The notes below the pieces were generated by a model that searched no databases, was not told the DNA's origin, and saw only the letters and a list, made by a program, of their open reading frames with translations. This document shows, piece by piece, positions 1-8,581 of a stretch of 64,000 bases of DNA (positions are counted from its first letter, which is position 1; each line of letters begins with the position of its first letter). Source of the DNA: Candidatus Acidiferrum sp. (GTDB taxonomy: Archaea > Micrarchaeota > Micrarchaeia > Micrarchaeales > Micrarchaeaceae). Both the position numbers and the translations under genes were made by a program. The stretch covers positions 9,848-73,847 of the forward strand of contig DATJLP010000007.1 in the NCBI GenBank assembly GCA_035509375.1, in the 5' to 3' direction.

Positions 1-1300
1 AACTTTCGATCAGTTTTGTGTGCGACAGGGTGTAACTGCTCCCTGTGCTGACAACGACCAATGGCTTTGTCCTCTTTATTCCCTGGTTTATTATCGTCTC
101 CGCTACCTTTTCGTCTGCCCCTGGAGTCTGGAACAAGGTTATCGCCATTATTGCATCGACATTGCTGTCATTGTTTAGCGCTTCCAACGCCGCTGAGAAG
201 CGGTCTGCACCTGCATCGCCGCCTATGTCCAACGGCAGCCTTACGTTCACTATCGGAGGCATAACCTTTCTAAGATACTTCTGTGTCTCTTTGCCCAATT
301 CTGGAATTGCGAGTCCGCTGTTGTAGAGCGCATCTGTTGCAAGCACCCCGTGGCCTCCTCCGTTGGTTATTATTCCGATCCTGTTGCCGGTTGTAAGCGG
401 CTGGGTATCGAATATCTTGGCAAAGTATAGCAGGTCCTCCAATGTTTCCGCAGTTATGAACCCGAACTGCCTGAAAAGCGCCTTGTAGGCCTCTGTGCTT
501 CCCGCAAGGGATGCGGTGTGCGAGTGCGCGGCTGTTGCACCCGACGGAGTTGTGCCTCCCTTCAATATCACAACGGGTTTTAGCATCGTCGCCTTCTTTG
601 CCAGCTCTGCGAATTCCTTGCCGCGTTTTACTCCTTCAATGTAGAAGACAACCACCCTTGTCTCTTTGTCGTGCGAAAGATAATTCAGAATATCAACCTC
701 GTCAACCACCGCTGCATTTCCATAAGATATGAACCTTGCAAGTCCAAATCCCTCGGCGCTTATTAGATCAAGTATCGAGCTCCCAACGGAGCCGCTCTGC
801 GACACGAAGCTCACTCCGCCGATCTTCGGCCTCTCTATTTTGTATGTTGGAAGGAATAGGGTGTCGTTCTTCGACCTCGGGTCCATGATGCCGAGGCAGT
901 TCGGTCCTATTACCGGTAATTTGTACCTCTTTGCCGCCTCCTCCAGCTTGTCCTGCAGCTTCTGGTTGCCGACCTCTGCAAATCCGCTGCTCACAACCAC
1001 GACTCCTTTTACCTTCGCCTTGCCGCATTCCAAGATCACTTGCGGGACGAACTCTGCCGGAACGCATATGACGGCAAGGTCTATGGGCTCTTTCACTTCT
1101 GCTACGCTCTTGTATGCCTTTCTGCCCATGATCTTTTCCTGTGCGCTTATGTTGATTGGGTATATCTTGCCCTGGAAATCCACATCGATGTAGTTCTGCA
1201 TTATCGCGTGGCCGACCTTCGTTGGGTTGTCGGATGCGCCTATGACTGCCACGCTCTTTGGGCTGATTATCGGTTCGATGTTTGCAGCTTTGATATTCAT
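1..1300 (-). CDS. acdA: acetyl-CoA synthetase (ADP-forming) alpha subunit, partial (C-terminal end lies beyond window start)
   Basis: Absent from the ORF track because it runs off the window. My translation from ATG (1300-1298) reads MNIKAANIEPIISPKSVAVIGASDNPTKVGHAIMQNY...GPNCLGIM...TAAHSHTASLAGS, i.e. a CoA-binding fold and a phospho-His loop. It starts 4 nt after the beta-subunit stop. Confidence 0.8.
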   Translation of the reverse strand, partial: MNIKAANIEPIISPKSVAVIGASDNPTKVGHAIMQNYIDVDFQGKIYPINISAQEKIMGRKAYKSVAEVKEPIDLAVICVPAEFVPQVILECGKAKVKGVVVVSSGFAEVGNQKLQDKLEEAAKRYKLPVIGPNCLGIMDPRSKNDTLFLPTYKIERPKIGGVSFVSQSGSVGSSILDLISAEGFGLARFISYGNAAVVDEVDILNYLSHDKETRVVVFYIEGVKRGKEFAELAKKATMLKPVVILKGGTTPSGATAAHSHTASLAGSTEAYKALFRQFGFITAETLEDLLYFAKIFDTQPLTTGNRIGIITNGGGHGVLATDALYNSGLAIPELGKETQKYLRKVMPPIVNVRLPLDIGGDAGADRFSAALEALNNDSNVDAIMAITLFQTPGADEKVAETIINQGIKRTKPLVVVSTGSSYTLSHTKLIES

Positions 1301-1304
1301 GCGC

Positions 1305-1922
1305 TTACCTTAGCATTCTGAGGTCCACCGCTTCGTACGTTCCGTCATGAATGATTATCGGGTTGAGGTCCAGCTCCTCGAAATCGTTTTCGTCAAACAT
1401 CTTTGAGGCTTTCATGATCAGATCTGTAATCATCTCTTTTGATTTGTCATCTGGTGCTACGATCCCCTTTGATCTGAGCTGTGATATCATTGATAGCGCG
1501 TCGTACCTGGTTATTGGGCATATTCTTAAGGCAAAGTCCTTGAATGTTTCAACGTAGATGCCGCCCAGCCCCAGCAATATCGTCTTGCCGAACTGCGCAT
1601 CGATGTTGCCGCCGATTATTATCTCTATACCTTTCGGGGCCATCTCCTGCGCGATTATCTTGTAGGGTTTCAGCTTCGCTGCCTTCTTTGAAAGTGCCTT
1701 GTATGCGGACCTTATCTCGTCTTCATTGCCAAGGTCGAGCATGACCAGTCCGCTTTTTGATTTGTGCAATGCCTTCTGGGAGAGGACCTTCAGTACAATC
1801 CTTCCTTTTCCGTTCCAGAATTTTACCGCGATGTCTTCGCTCGTAACATAGGAGCTCCTTATGCTCCTGATCTTGTATTTGTCAAGAACGCGCTTTGCCA
1901 CATCATAGTCAACAAGCATCAC
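1305..1922 (-). CDS. acdB: acetyl-CoA synthetase (ADP-forming) beta subunit (ATP-grasp)
   Basis: 205-aa ORF. ATP-grasp-like sequence (VLKVLSQKALHKSKSGLVMLDL, IIIGGNIDAQFG) lying immediately upstream of the alpha subunit. Confidence 0.75.
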   Translation of the reverse strand: MMLVDYDVAKRVLDKYKIRSIRSSYVTSEDIAVKFWNGKGRIVLKVLSQKALHKSKSGLVMLDLGNEDEIRSAYKALSKKAAKLKPYKIIAQEMAPKGIEIIIGGNIDAQFGKTILLGLGGIYVETFKDFALRICPITRYDALSMISQLRSKGIVAPDDKSKEMITDLIMKASKMFDENDFEELDLNPIIIHDGTYEAVDLRMLR

Positions 1923-1939
1923 GACACACTTAGCACTGG

Positions 1940-2623
1940 CTATATTTTCACAATTCCTTTGGTGTAAAGGGTTATGAAGACTATTATTATGAAAACTATA
2001 ACTACGAGTATTATCTTCAGTTTCTTTCCTTTCGACTTCCTTATCTTCGCCTCTATCTCTTCAAGTGTCTGCTCCTCCTGGCCTGGCATCACTTCCTGTG
2101 CCGGAGCTGGCTGTTGCTGCATTGGTGGTTGGGGCTGCATTGGAGCTGTCGTTCCTCCTTGTTGCGCCATGCCCGTCTTAGCCTGCATGAGCCCCTTTTC
2201 GGTAAGCATCACGTCAAGCTGGCCGTTCTTTATCTCATCAACGGCGTACTGCTGCTGGCTGAGCTTGTAAAGGTGCATTGCAAGGTCCTTGGGCCTAAGG
2301 TTCACGGCAGTTCCTATGTCAACGTATGACCTTTTGCCCGTCTGCAGCTGCATGAGTATTGAGAAATCTACCTGGTCGAATGGGAGTACGGCCTTGTCGG
2401 CAGCCTCCTTCAGGAGCGCTTTGCCCGCGTCCGTGACCGTTATCATGCTCTGCCCGGGGAAGTTTGCCGTGAAGTCTATCAGGCCCTTTATCCTGAGCGT
2501 TCCGAGTATGTTTGATCCGTCGAAAAACGATGAGTTTATCTTGCTTCCGAACTTCTCAACAACAAGGTCTGGCGTTATCTTGCTGAGCGCGACGAGGTCT
2601 AGGAAGTTGGGTTCGTCTGCCAT
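1940..2623 (-). CDS. hypothetical tail-anchored membrane protein with Q/P-rich linker
   Basis: 227-aa ORF. Soluble N-terminal region, then a PMQPQPPMQQQPAPAQ low-complexity stretch, then a single C-terminal TM (IILVVIVFIIIVFITLY). Confidence 0.5.
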   Translation of the reverse strand: MADEPNFLDLVALSKITPDLVVEKFGSKINSSFFDGSNILGTLRIKGLIDFTANFPGQSMITVTDAGKALLKEAADKAVLPFDQVDFSILMQLQTGKRSYVDIGTAVNLRPKDLAMHLYKLSQQQYAVDEIKNGQLDVMLTEKGLMQAKTGMAQQGGTTAPMQPQPPMQQQPAPAQEVMPGQEEQTLEEIEAKIRKSKGKKLKIILVVIVFIIIVFITLYTKGIVKI

Positions 2624-2664
2624 GCCTCTATAACGATGCGAATCTTTATATACATTTTCGGGGA

Positions 2665-3954
2665 ATGCACAGTAGAGAACCCCTTGTTTTGAGGCTTTTG
2701 ATGCAGTTGAGATTCCTTGGAGGCGCCCAGGAGGTTGGAAGGTCTGCGATAATGCTCAAGGATGAGAGGACCCTCATGCTTGACTTTGGGATAAAGATAG
2801 ACCACAAGACGGAATACCCCACGAGCATACCAAAGATGGACGCGATGATAATAAGCCATGCCCACCTCGACCACAGCGGTTTCTCGGCAGCGGTCTACAA
2901 CGAGATGCAGGTTCCCACGTTCGGCACGCTTCCCACAATGCAGCTGTCTAATTTGCTTCTTGAAGACACCCTTGCAATAGCGAGAAAGGAGCACACGCGC
3001 GCGTTCTTCCACAAGAGGCAGATAAGGAGCCTGATGAGCAGGTCGATAAACCTGGATTACCACACCCAGGCGCACCTCGGCGACTTTGACATAGAGTTTT
3101 ATGATGCAGGGCACATAAGCGGCAGCGCGATTACGCTGATCGAGAAGGCGCACGCGAAGGGCAACAAGAGGATTGTGTATACCGGAGATTTCAAGCTGCA
3201 GGAGCAGACCCTGCACAGCGGGGCCGAGGTTGTCAAGAGCGATGTCCTCATCATGGAATCGACATACGCAACCCGCGACCACCCAGATAGGAAGAAGGTG
3301 ATAAAGAGGCTCATCGACCAGGTGAAGGAGACGCTGGACAACGGAGGCAATGCGCTCATGCCCGTGTTCGCTGTTGGCAGAAGCCAGGAGGTTCTTTCTC
3401 TGCTGTATGAGAACGGGCTTACTCCATCAACATACATAGACGGGATGGCAAGAAAGGCGACAACCATAGTGATGAACCACCCGAAGTTCATAAGCAACCA
3501 GGAACTTTTGGCAAACGCGATAAAGGAGACCACCTGGATCGAGGAGAGAGGCGCAAGAAGGGAGGCGCTTGACGGTCCTTCAATAATAGTTACAACGGCT
3601 GGAATGCTGAACGGTGGGCCTGTACTAGATTATATAACGAAGCTGAACAAGAATTCTCACATATTCCTTACGGGGTACCAGGTTGAAGGCACGAACGGAA
3701 GGACCCTGATGGATAAGGGATACATCATGCTGGACGAACAGAAGACAAAGATAAACACTCCTGTGAGCTTCTACGACCTATCTGCTCATGCAGACAGAAA
3801 GGACCTTCACGAATACGTGAAAAGAAGTGCTCCAAATAAGGTGGTGTGCGTGCATGGAAGTGCTGAAAATGCAAAGGCGCTGGCCGACGACCTGAATGTT
3901 GAAGGTTTTACTGCAGTAGCTCCGAAAGTTGGAGATGTTGTTGATATTGATTGA
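2665..3954 (+). CDS. beta-CASP / metallo-beta-lactamase ribonuclease (aCPSF2 / RNase J-like), paralog 1
   Basis: HAHLDHSG (HxHxDH), MESTYA, DLSAHADRKDL and VHGS motifs. No KH domains. The likely true start is MQLRFLGGAQEVGRS at 2701. Confidence 0.8.
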   Translation: MHSREPLVLRLLMQLRFLGGAQEVGRSAIMLKDERTLMLDFGIKIDHKTEYPTSIPKMDAMIISHAHLDHSGFSAAVYNEMQVPTFGTLPTMQLSNLLLEDTLAIARKEHTRAFFHKRQIRSLMSRSINLDYHTQAHLGDFDIEFYDAGHISGSAITLIEKAHAKGNKRIVYTGDFKLQEQTLHSGAEVVKSDVLIMESTYATRDHPDRKKVIKRLIDQVKETLDNGGNALMPVFAVGRSQEVLSLLYENGLTPSTYIDGMARKATTIVMNHPKFISNQELLANAIKETTWIEERGARREALDGPSIIVTTAGMLNGGPVLDYITKLNKNSHIFLTGYQVEGTNGRTLMDKGYIMLDEQKTKINTPVSFYDLSAHADRKDLHEYVKRSAPNKVVCVHGSAENAKALADDLNVEGFTAVAPKVGDVVDID

Positions 3955-3956
3955 AA

Positions 3957-4078
3957 CGCCTCGGCCGGGATTCGAACCCGGGTTTCTTGATCTGATAGAC
4001 TGCTGTCTAGGAGATTCACAAGCGGGCTGTGCATATGGCTTGACAGGCTCGTATGCTAGACCACTACACTACCGAGGC
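3957..4078 (-). tRNA. tRNA-Asp (GUC) with about 48 nt of extra sequence in two blocks (putative introns)
   Basis: Hand-folded. Acceptor GCCUCGG/CCGAGGC, discriminator G, D arm GUGU..GCAU, anticodon stem CGAGC/GCUUG, loop CUGUCA(+intron)C, T arm CCGGG-UUCGAAU-CCCGG. A 16-nt insert lies in the anticodon loop and a 32-nt hairpin insert lies between the anticodon stem and the T stem. Confidence 0.7.
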
Positions 4079-4088
4079 TTGCTATAAC

Positions 4089-4835
4089 TTAGTAAGCAAA
4101 CAAATTTGAATGGTATGGTCTTATTAGATGGATAAACTTTGTAAAATCTCTTGTTACCCTGATTCTAAAAACGGGCTTTATGTTAGGTCTCTTGTCTTTT
4201 TGTATGTATAACTTGTATTGTATATCAAACTTTGTCAAGTAGTCCGTTATATTTGAGGCTAATCCTTCCGAGATTGTTGAGAATACTGCTATTTTTTGAT
4301 TTTTGCCAAGATAACCGTCTGTATCCATTAAACCTCTCAAAAAACCTATCCCAAACTTTGTACTTGGACTAACATGTTTACTTAATTGTACAGTTCTGGT
4401 TTTGTTATCGCTCCAATAAAGGTATTTTGCTATGAAATTTAATGCATCTTTAGAAACTATTCTAATTATGGTTACATGGTATTCAGTTCTTGTGTATCGC
4501 CATGGCTCTTTTCCGAAAATAAATTTAATCAGCTCTGATAAATGTAGTATGTACTCGACATCTTTTGAATTAAGGGATATGCTGATTTGGTGCCTGTAGT
4601 TGCCGTCTTTCGTATAATTACCGTCACCTGCAAATGCTCCAATAAATTCTCCTGTCTTTTCCTGGTCGGTTTCGTTAATAGAAACCTTTACCATTTTCTT
4701 TCCTTTACCAGATTTTTTATACCAATAATATACTGTTGTTTTGCTCAGTCCTAGTTTATTTGATAACTGATTTAGGCTACTCTCAGGAGCACCGTTAATT
4801 ATCAAATTCCTTTGGCGCAAATTTAACCTCTTCAA
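4089..4835 (-). CDS. free-standing LAGLIDADG-family homing endonuclease-like protein with N-terminal HTH
   Basis: Two LAGLIDADG motifs (FIGAFAGDGNY and FLRGLMDTDGY) plus an HTH (LSNKLGLSKTTVYYWYKK). AT-rich: about 32% GC in a counted 60-nt line versus about 55% in core genes. Its stop is 10 nt from the tRNA-Asp 5' end. Confidence 0.8.
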   Translation of the reverse strand: MKRLNLRQRNLIINGAPESSLNQLSNKLGLSKTTVYYWYKKSGKGKKMVKVSINETDQEKTGEFIGAFAGDGNYTKDGNYRHQISISLNSKDVEYILHLSELIKFIFGKEPWRYTRTEYHVTIIRIVSKDALNFIAKYLYWSDNKTRTVQLSKHVSPSTKFGIGFLRGLMDTDGYLGKNQKIAVFSTISEGLASNITDYLTKFDIQYKLYIQKDKRPNIKPVFRIRVTRDFTKFIHLIRPYHSNLFAY

Positions 4836-4849
4836 CAGAGCACCTAAAC

Positions 4850-5299
4850 TTATTCTTTTGTTATTTCTTTCTGTATCTTCTTAAGCTCTTCGTCTTTTGC
4901 CCTTGGGCCCATCAATGTTGTCAGGTATCCCGGATATGCTTCGAAGTAGACCTCTTCCTTTGCAAGTATCTCCATGAACCCTTTGTCTGTTCCTATCGCT
5001 GGGTAGAGCTTTGCGTGGAGGTGGTCAACACCATAGCCCTCGAATGCAAGGTTTACCCTTCCGGCCTTGAGCCCTTTCTGCAGAATCTTTGCAACCTTCT
5101 TCACAACCATCATGAAGCCTTCGAGCTCCCTGTCATCCACATCGAAAATGTAACTCTGCGTGTGCTTTTTGGGTATGACAAGGCTCTGCCCCCTTATGTT
5201 TGGGAAGATGTCAAGCATTCCTATGTGGTCATTGTCCTCGTATATCTTGTATGATGGCGCTGCTCCTTCGACTATCTTGCAGAAAATGCAGTCCTTCAT
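4850..5299 (-). CDS. HIT-family nucleotide hydrolase/transferase
   Basis: CIFCKI N-terminus and a histidine-triad region, GVDHLHAKLYP. Confidence 0.8.
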   Translation of the reverse strand: MKDCIFCKIVEGAAPSYKIYEDNDHIGMLDIFPNIRGQSLVIPKKHTQSYIFDVDDRELEGFMMVVKKVAKILQKGLKAGRVNLAFEGYGVDHLHAKLYPAIGTDKGFMEILAKEEVYFEAYPGYLTTLMGPRAKDEELKKIQKEITKE

Positions 5300-5309
5300 T
5301 TCATCACGA

Positions 5310-5397
5310 TCCCGTTGGAGCGAGTCGAACGCCCAACCTGCCGCTTTCTAACATTCACATACTACAGGCGGCCGCTCTGCCATTGAGCTACAACGGG
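5310..5397 (-). tRNA. tRNA-Tyr (GUA) with 16-nt canonical (37/38) intron
   Basis: Acceptor CCCGUUG/CAACGGG with the archaeal C1:G72 pair. D arm GCUC-AAUGGCA-GAGC, anticodon stem GCCGC/GCGGC, loop CUGUAG|intron|A, T arm GGGCG-UUCGACU-CGCUC. Confidence 0.8.
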
Positions 5398-5501
5398 GCA
5401 ATGGTATTACTGCTGATAATATTAATAAACTGTTTGCGATTATAGGGATAACCCTTCCGAATGTATAAATATGAGAAATTTCAGAATATAGTAGGGTAGG
5501 G

Positions 5502-8276
5502 TTGACTGGTAGCATGGCGACTCGAAGCGGCTCGAAGCAGACCACAGACAGCCAGGCTAGGGCTAAGGAGATCATAAGAAAGAGGAGAAAATCGCCCATG
5601 TTCCTTTACTACTTTGAGGAGAGGGTTGAGAGGCTCGTCCATTCCCCTGGGTTTGTTGATGGGATACTTGCTGTTTTGACATTCATAGCCGCGTGCGCGG
5701 CGCTGCGCTTCTACCCCCTTGTCATAAGCGCCGTGATCGCCGTTGCCCTCTTCGTTGTCGCTGTCAGGAAGCCGTTTCTCGGCCTGCTCCTCTTGATAGT
5801 TGTGATCTTCCCGATGCTCGTCTACCAGATGCCTGCCCTTGCATGGCTCTACCTGCTCGTGGCTGCCGGCTCGCTGATATACGGCTACATGTACCACCGC
5901 GTGCTCCTCTTCCTCTATTTGATAGTGGCAGTGACCTTCTCCCCAATAGGCTACATGGCCACCATCCCGTTGCTCATCGTGGCCGTTCTCATGATAGGTT
6001 ACAAGCGCGCGATCATACTTACGGTCCTTTTTGTGATAGCTGCGGTCTCGCTCTCGGCGCTTACCGGCGTGCAGAATTCATCCTACATCATATACAGCGC
6101 CGCCAACGCCCACAGCATGCTGGTGAGCCCAGCCTTGAACAGGTTCTTGGTCCCCAACAAGCCGGGCTTCAGCATCTTTAACTTCTCTGGCAACCTGGGG
6201 GGCATATTTTCAACCTTCTCCAGCGAGCAGGTCATAACAATAACCACAGATGTCTCCGGGTCTATTGTCAACGCAATGCTCATCACCCCTTACTATTACC
6301 TGATCGAATCTGTCGTTCTGGTGCTTCTCGTCTTTGGAATAGACAGCATAGCCGCAAACAGCAGGTCGAGATTCAGGGGCCTGCAGGCGAGCGTGCTTGG
6401 AGTGGGATACCCGCTTGTAGCCGCTGCGCTGTCCATATCTGCGGCCCAGCCGCTCCCCTATGTCCTGCTTGTAGCAGGATTCGTTGTCGCCCTCGTCTTT
6501 GTATTCCTCATGGAAGGGCTGGGAGTAAAGCTGGTCAACGCGCTTGAGATAAGGAAGCAGGACCTGAGGATGAAGTTTGGCGAGGCGTTCGAAGACCTTG
6601 AGGCCGGGAATGTTGCCGAGACGTTCGATGATGTGGCAAACTATGCGGCCACAAAGAGGGAGCTGATAGACGCGGTGCTCGGCCCGATAGAGGAGCGCGC
6701 CGTCTCAAAGGCCTACAACATCAAGCCCGCCAAGGGGATACTCTTCTTTGGACCTCCAGGAACGGGAAAGACCCTGATGATGCGCGCGCTTGCGAACGAG
6801 GTTCGCGCCGGCTTCTTCTATGTGAAGGCGTCAAACCTCGTCTCCTCCTTCCCTGGAGAAACGGAGAGGATGATATCGAACATATTCGCGATTGCCAAGA
6901 AGAACGCACCGTGTGTCCTCTTCTTTGACGAGATAGATTCTATCGCGCCCTCTAGGGAGAAGGTTGCCTCTGGAGATGCTGGAAGGCAATCCCTGTCGCA
7001 GCTTCTTGTGGAAATGGACGGCTTCCAGAAGACCAGCAACGTTATAATGGTTGGTGCGACAAACGCGCCCAACATCCTGGACCCGGCGGTGATGCGCCCT
7101 GGGAGGTTTGACAAGATCATCTACCTGCCACCGCCGGATTACAATGCGAGGAAGCAGATATTCGACCTCTACCTCAAGAAATTGCCCATCTCGAGCGACA
7201 TAGACCTTGACGAGATAGCGGAAGAGACCGAGAGGTACACCGGCGCGGACATAAAGGTGCTGTGCGAGACGATCGCCCAAAGGGTGGCGCAGGTGGCATC
7301 GGCAAAGCACAGCGTTTTGGAGATAACCCAGCAGGACATAATGAACAGGATAGCTGCGACGAAGCCGTCCATCACCCTTGCGCAGATAGAGATGTACCAG
7401 AAGTTCAGGATCGACTTTGAGAGGAGCGTATACGGCCAGAAGGGAGAGGAGAGCAAGGGCGATGAGATTGGATTGAGGGACGTGGTGGGCATGGACGACG
7501 CGAAGAAGATCCTGACCGACGCGATAGAGCTGCCTCTGCTGCATCCCGAGCTGATAAAGAAGTACAAGATAAAGTCGATTAACGGAATTCTGATCTTCGG
7601 GCCTCCGGGAACGGGAAAGACGATGCTGATACGCGCCATAAAGGGCGAGATGGCCGGCATCACAATGGTCGAGATAAACGGGGCGGAGCTGGCCGACCAG
7701 GGAATAGAGAGGGCCACGGCAACGATAAAGGAGATATTCGACAGGGCGAAGAGCAGCGCGCCATCGCTCATACTGCTGGACGAGGTCGAGGAGCTTCTTC
7801 TGAAAAGAGGGTCTGCAACCGAGTACTCGGCGCAGATAACGAGCGAGATGCTGAGAGAGATAGACGGGATAAGCAAGATGGAGAACGTTGTGGTGATCGG
7901 CACGACCAACAGGCCGGACGCGATAGATGTGGCCGCGCTGCGGCCGGGCAGGTTCGACAAGATCGTCTTTGTCAGGCCTCCGAACAGGGAGCAGCGTGCA
8001 ACGCTCTTCAGGTACAACCTGAAGGAGGTGCCGATAAGCGACGACATAGACTATGACGCGCTTGCGGACGAGGCGAAGGGGTACACCGGCGCGGACATAT
8101 ACCACGTCTGCAGGGAGGCGAAGACCATAGCGCTTGACAAGAGCCTCAAGGGCGGGAAGGAGGCCAACGTTGAGATGCAGGACCTCATGGACATAATGCA
8201 GAAGATAAAGCCATCGGCACCGGAGCAGGTGATGTCCCAATACCTCTCGTTCTTCTCAAAGTTCGGAGAGAGGTAG
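5502..8276 (+). CDS. polytopic membrane domain fused to tandem AAA+ (CDC48/VCP-like) ATPase domains
   Basis: About 340 N-terminal aa contain many hydrophobic helices. Two AAA modules follow: GPPGTGKT / FFDEIDS / MRPGRFD, and GPPGTGKT / LLDEVEE / LRPGRFD. An ATG alternative to the TTG start lies at 5514. Confidence 0.85.
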   Translation: MTGSMATRSGSKQTTDSQARAKEIIRKRRKSPMFLYYFEERVERLVHSPGFVDGILAVLTFIAACAALRFYPLVISAVIAVALFVVAVRKPFLGLLLLIVVIFPMLVYQMPALAWLYLLVAAGSLIYGYMYHRVLLFLYLIVAVTFSPIGYMATIPLLIVAVLMIGYKRAIILTVLFVIAAVSLSALTGVQNSSYIIYSAANAHSMLVSPALNRFLVPNKPGFSIFNFSGNLGGIFSTFSSEQVITITTDVSGSIVNAMLITPYYYLIESVVLVLLVFGIDSIAANSRSRFRGLQASVLGVGYPLVAAALSISAAQPLPYVLLVAGFVVALVFVFLMEGLGVKLVNALEIRKQDLRMKFGEAFEDLEAGNVAETFDDVANYAATKRELIDAVLGPIEERAVSKAYNIKPAKGILFFGPPGTGKTLMMRALANEVRAGFFYVKASNLVSSFPGETERMISNIFAIAKKNAPCVLFFDEIDSIAPSREKVASGDAGRQSLSQLLVEMDGFQKTSNVIMVGATNAPNILDPAVMRPGRFDKIIYLPPPDYNARKQIFDLYLKKLPISSDIDLDEIAEETERYTGADIKVLCETIAQRVAQVASAKHSVLEITQQDIMNRIAATKPSITLAQIEMYQKFRIDFERSVYGQKGEESKGDEIGLRDVVGMDDAKKILTDAIELPLLHPELIKKYKIKSINGILIFGPPGTGKTMLIRAIKGEMAGITMVEINGAELADQGIERATATIKEIFDRAKSSAPSLILLDEVEELLLKRGSATEYSAQITSEMLREIDGISKMENVVVIGTTNRPDAIDVAALRPGRFDKIVFVRPPNREQRATLFRYNLKEVPISDDIDYDALADEAKGYTGADIYHVCREAKTIALDKSLKGGKEANVEMQDLMDIMQKIKPSAPEQVMSQYLSFFSKFGER

Positions 8277-8573
8277 CTAGCCCCTTATAACGGAAATGAC
8301 CTTTCCGATTATCGCGTCTTTCCTCACTGGGCCGAAGGTGCGGCTGTCTACGCTCAGGCTCCTGTTGTCCCCCAATACAAGGTAGCTGCCGTCCCTTATT
8401 TTTGATATCCTCTTTATGATTATTGTTTTCCTGCCGGGATACCTGAGAACAACTATGTCTTTTTCTTTTGGCCTGCCGAACAGGTAGGAGAGCCTGCTTA
8501 CAAGTACGTAATCCCCATCCCTTACTGCTGGCTCCATGCTCCTGTCCCTTATCCTGAATATTGACAAGGGCAT
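8277..8573 (-). CDS. sodX: S26-family peptidase, NiSOD maturation protease (SodX-like)
   Basis: SMEPAV (nucleophile Ser box), KRISK (Lys box) and GDNRSLSVDSR box. It is short, has no TM, and lies directly downstream of sodN. Confidence 0.75.
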   Translation of the reverse strand: MPLSIFRIRDRSMEPAVRDGDYVLVSRLSYLFGRPKEKDIVVLRYPGRKTIIIKRISKIRDGSYLVLGDNRSLSVDSRTFGPVRKDAIIGKVISVIRG

Positions 8574-8581
8574 GGCCGGGA

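Noticed and set aside
6831-8240. 469-aa ORF antisense to the AAA ATPase gene, together with the 7169-8047 antisense ORF
   Set aside because: It lies entirely inside a gene with strong AAA motifs on the other strand. The translated sequence is R/L/H/Y/V-rich low-complexity with no motif. Such antisense open frames are a typical by-product of codon bias.
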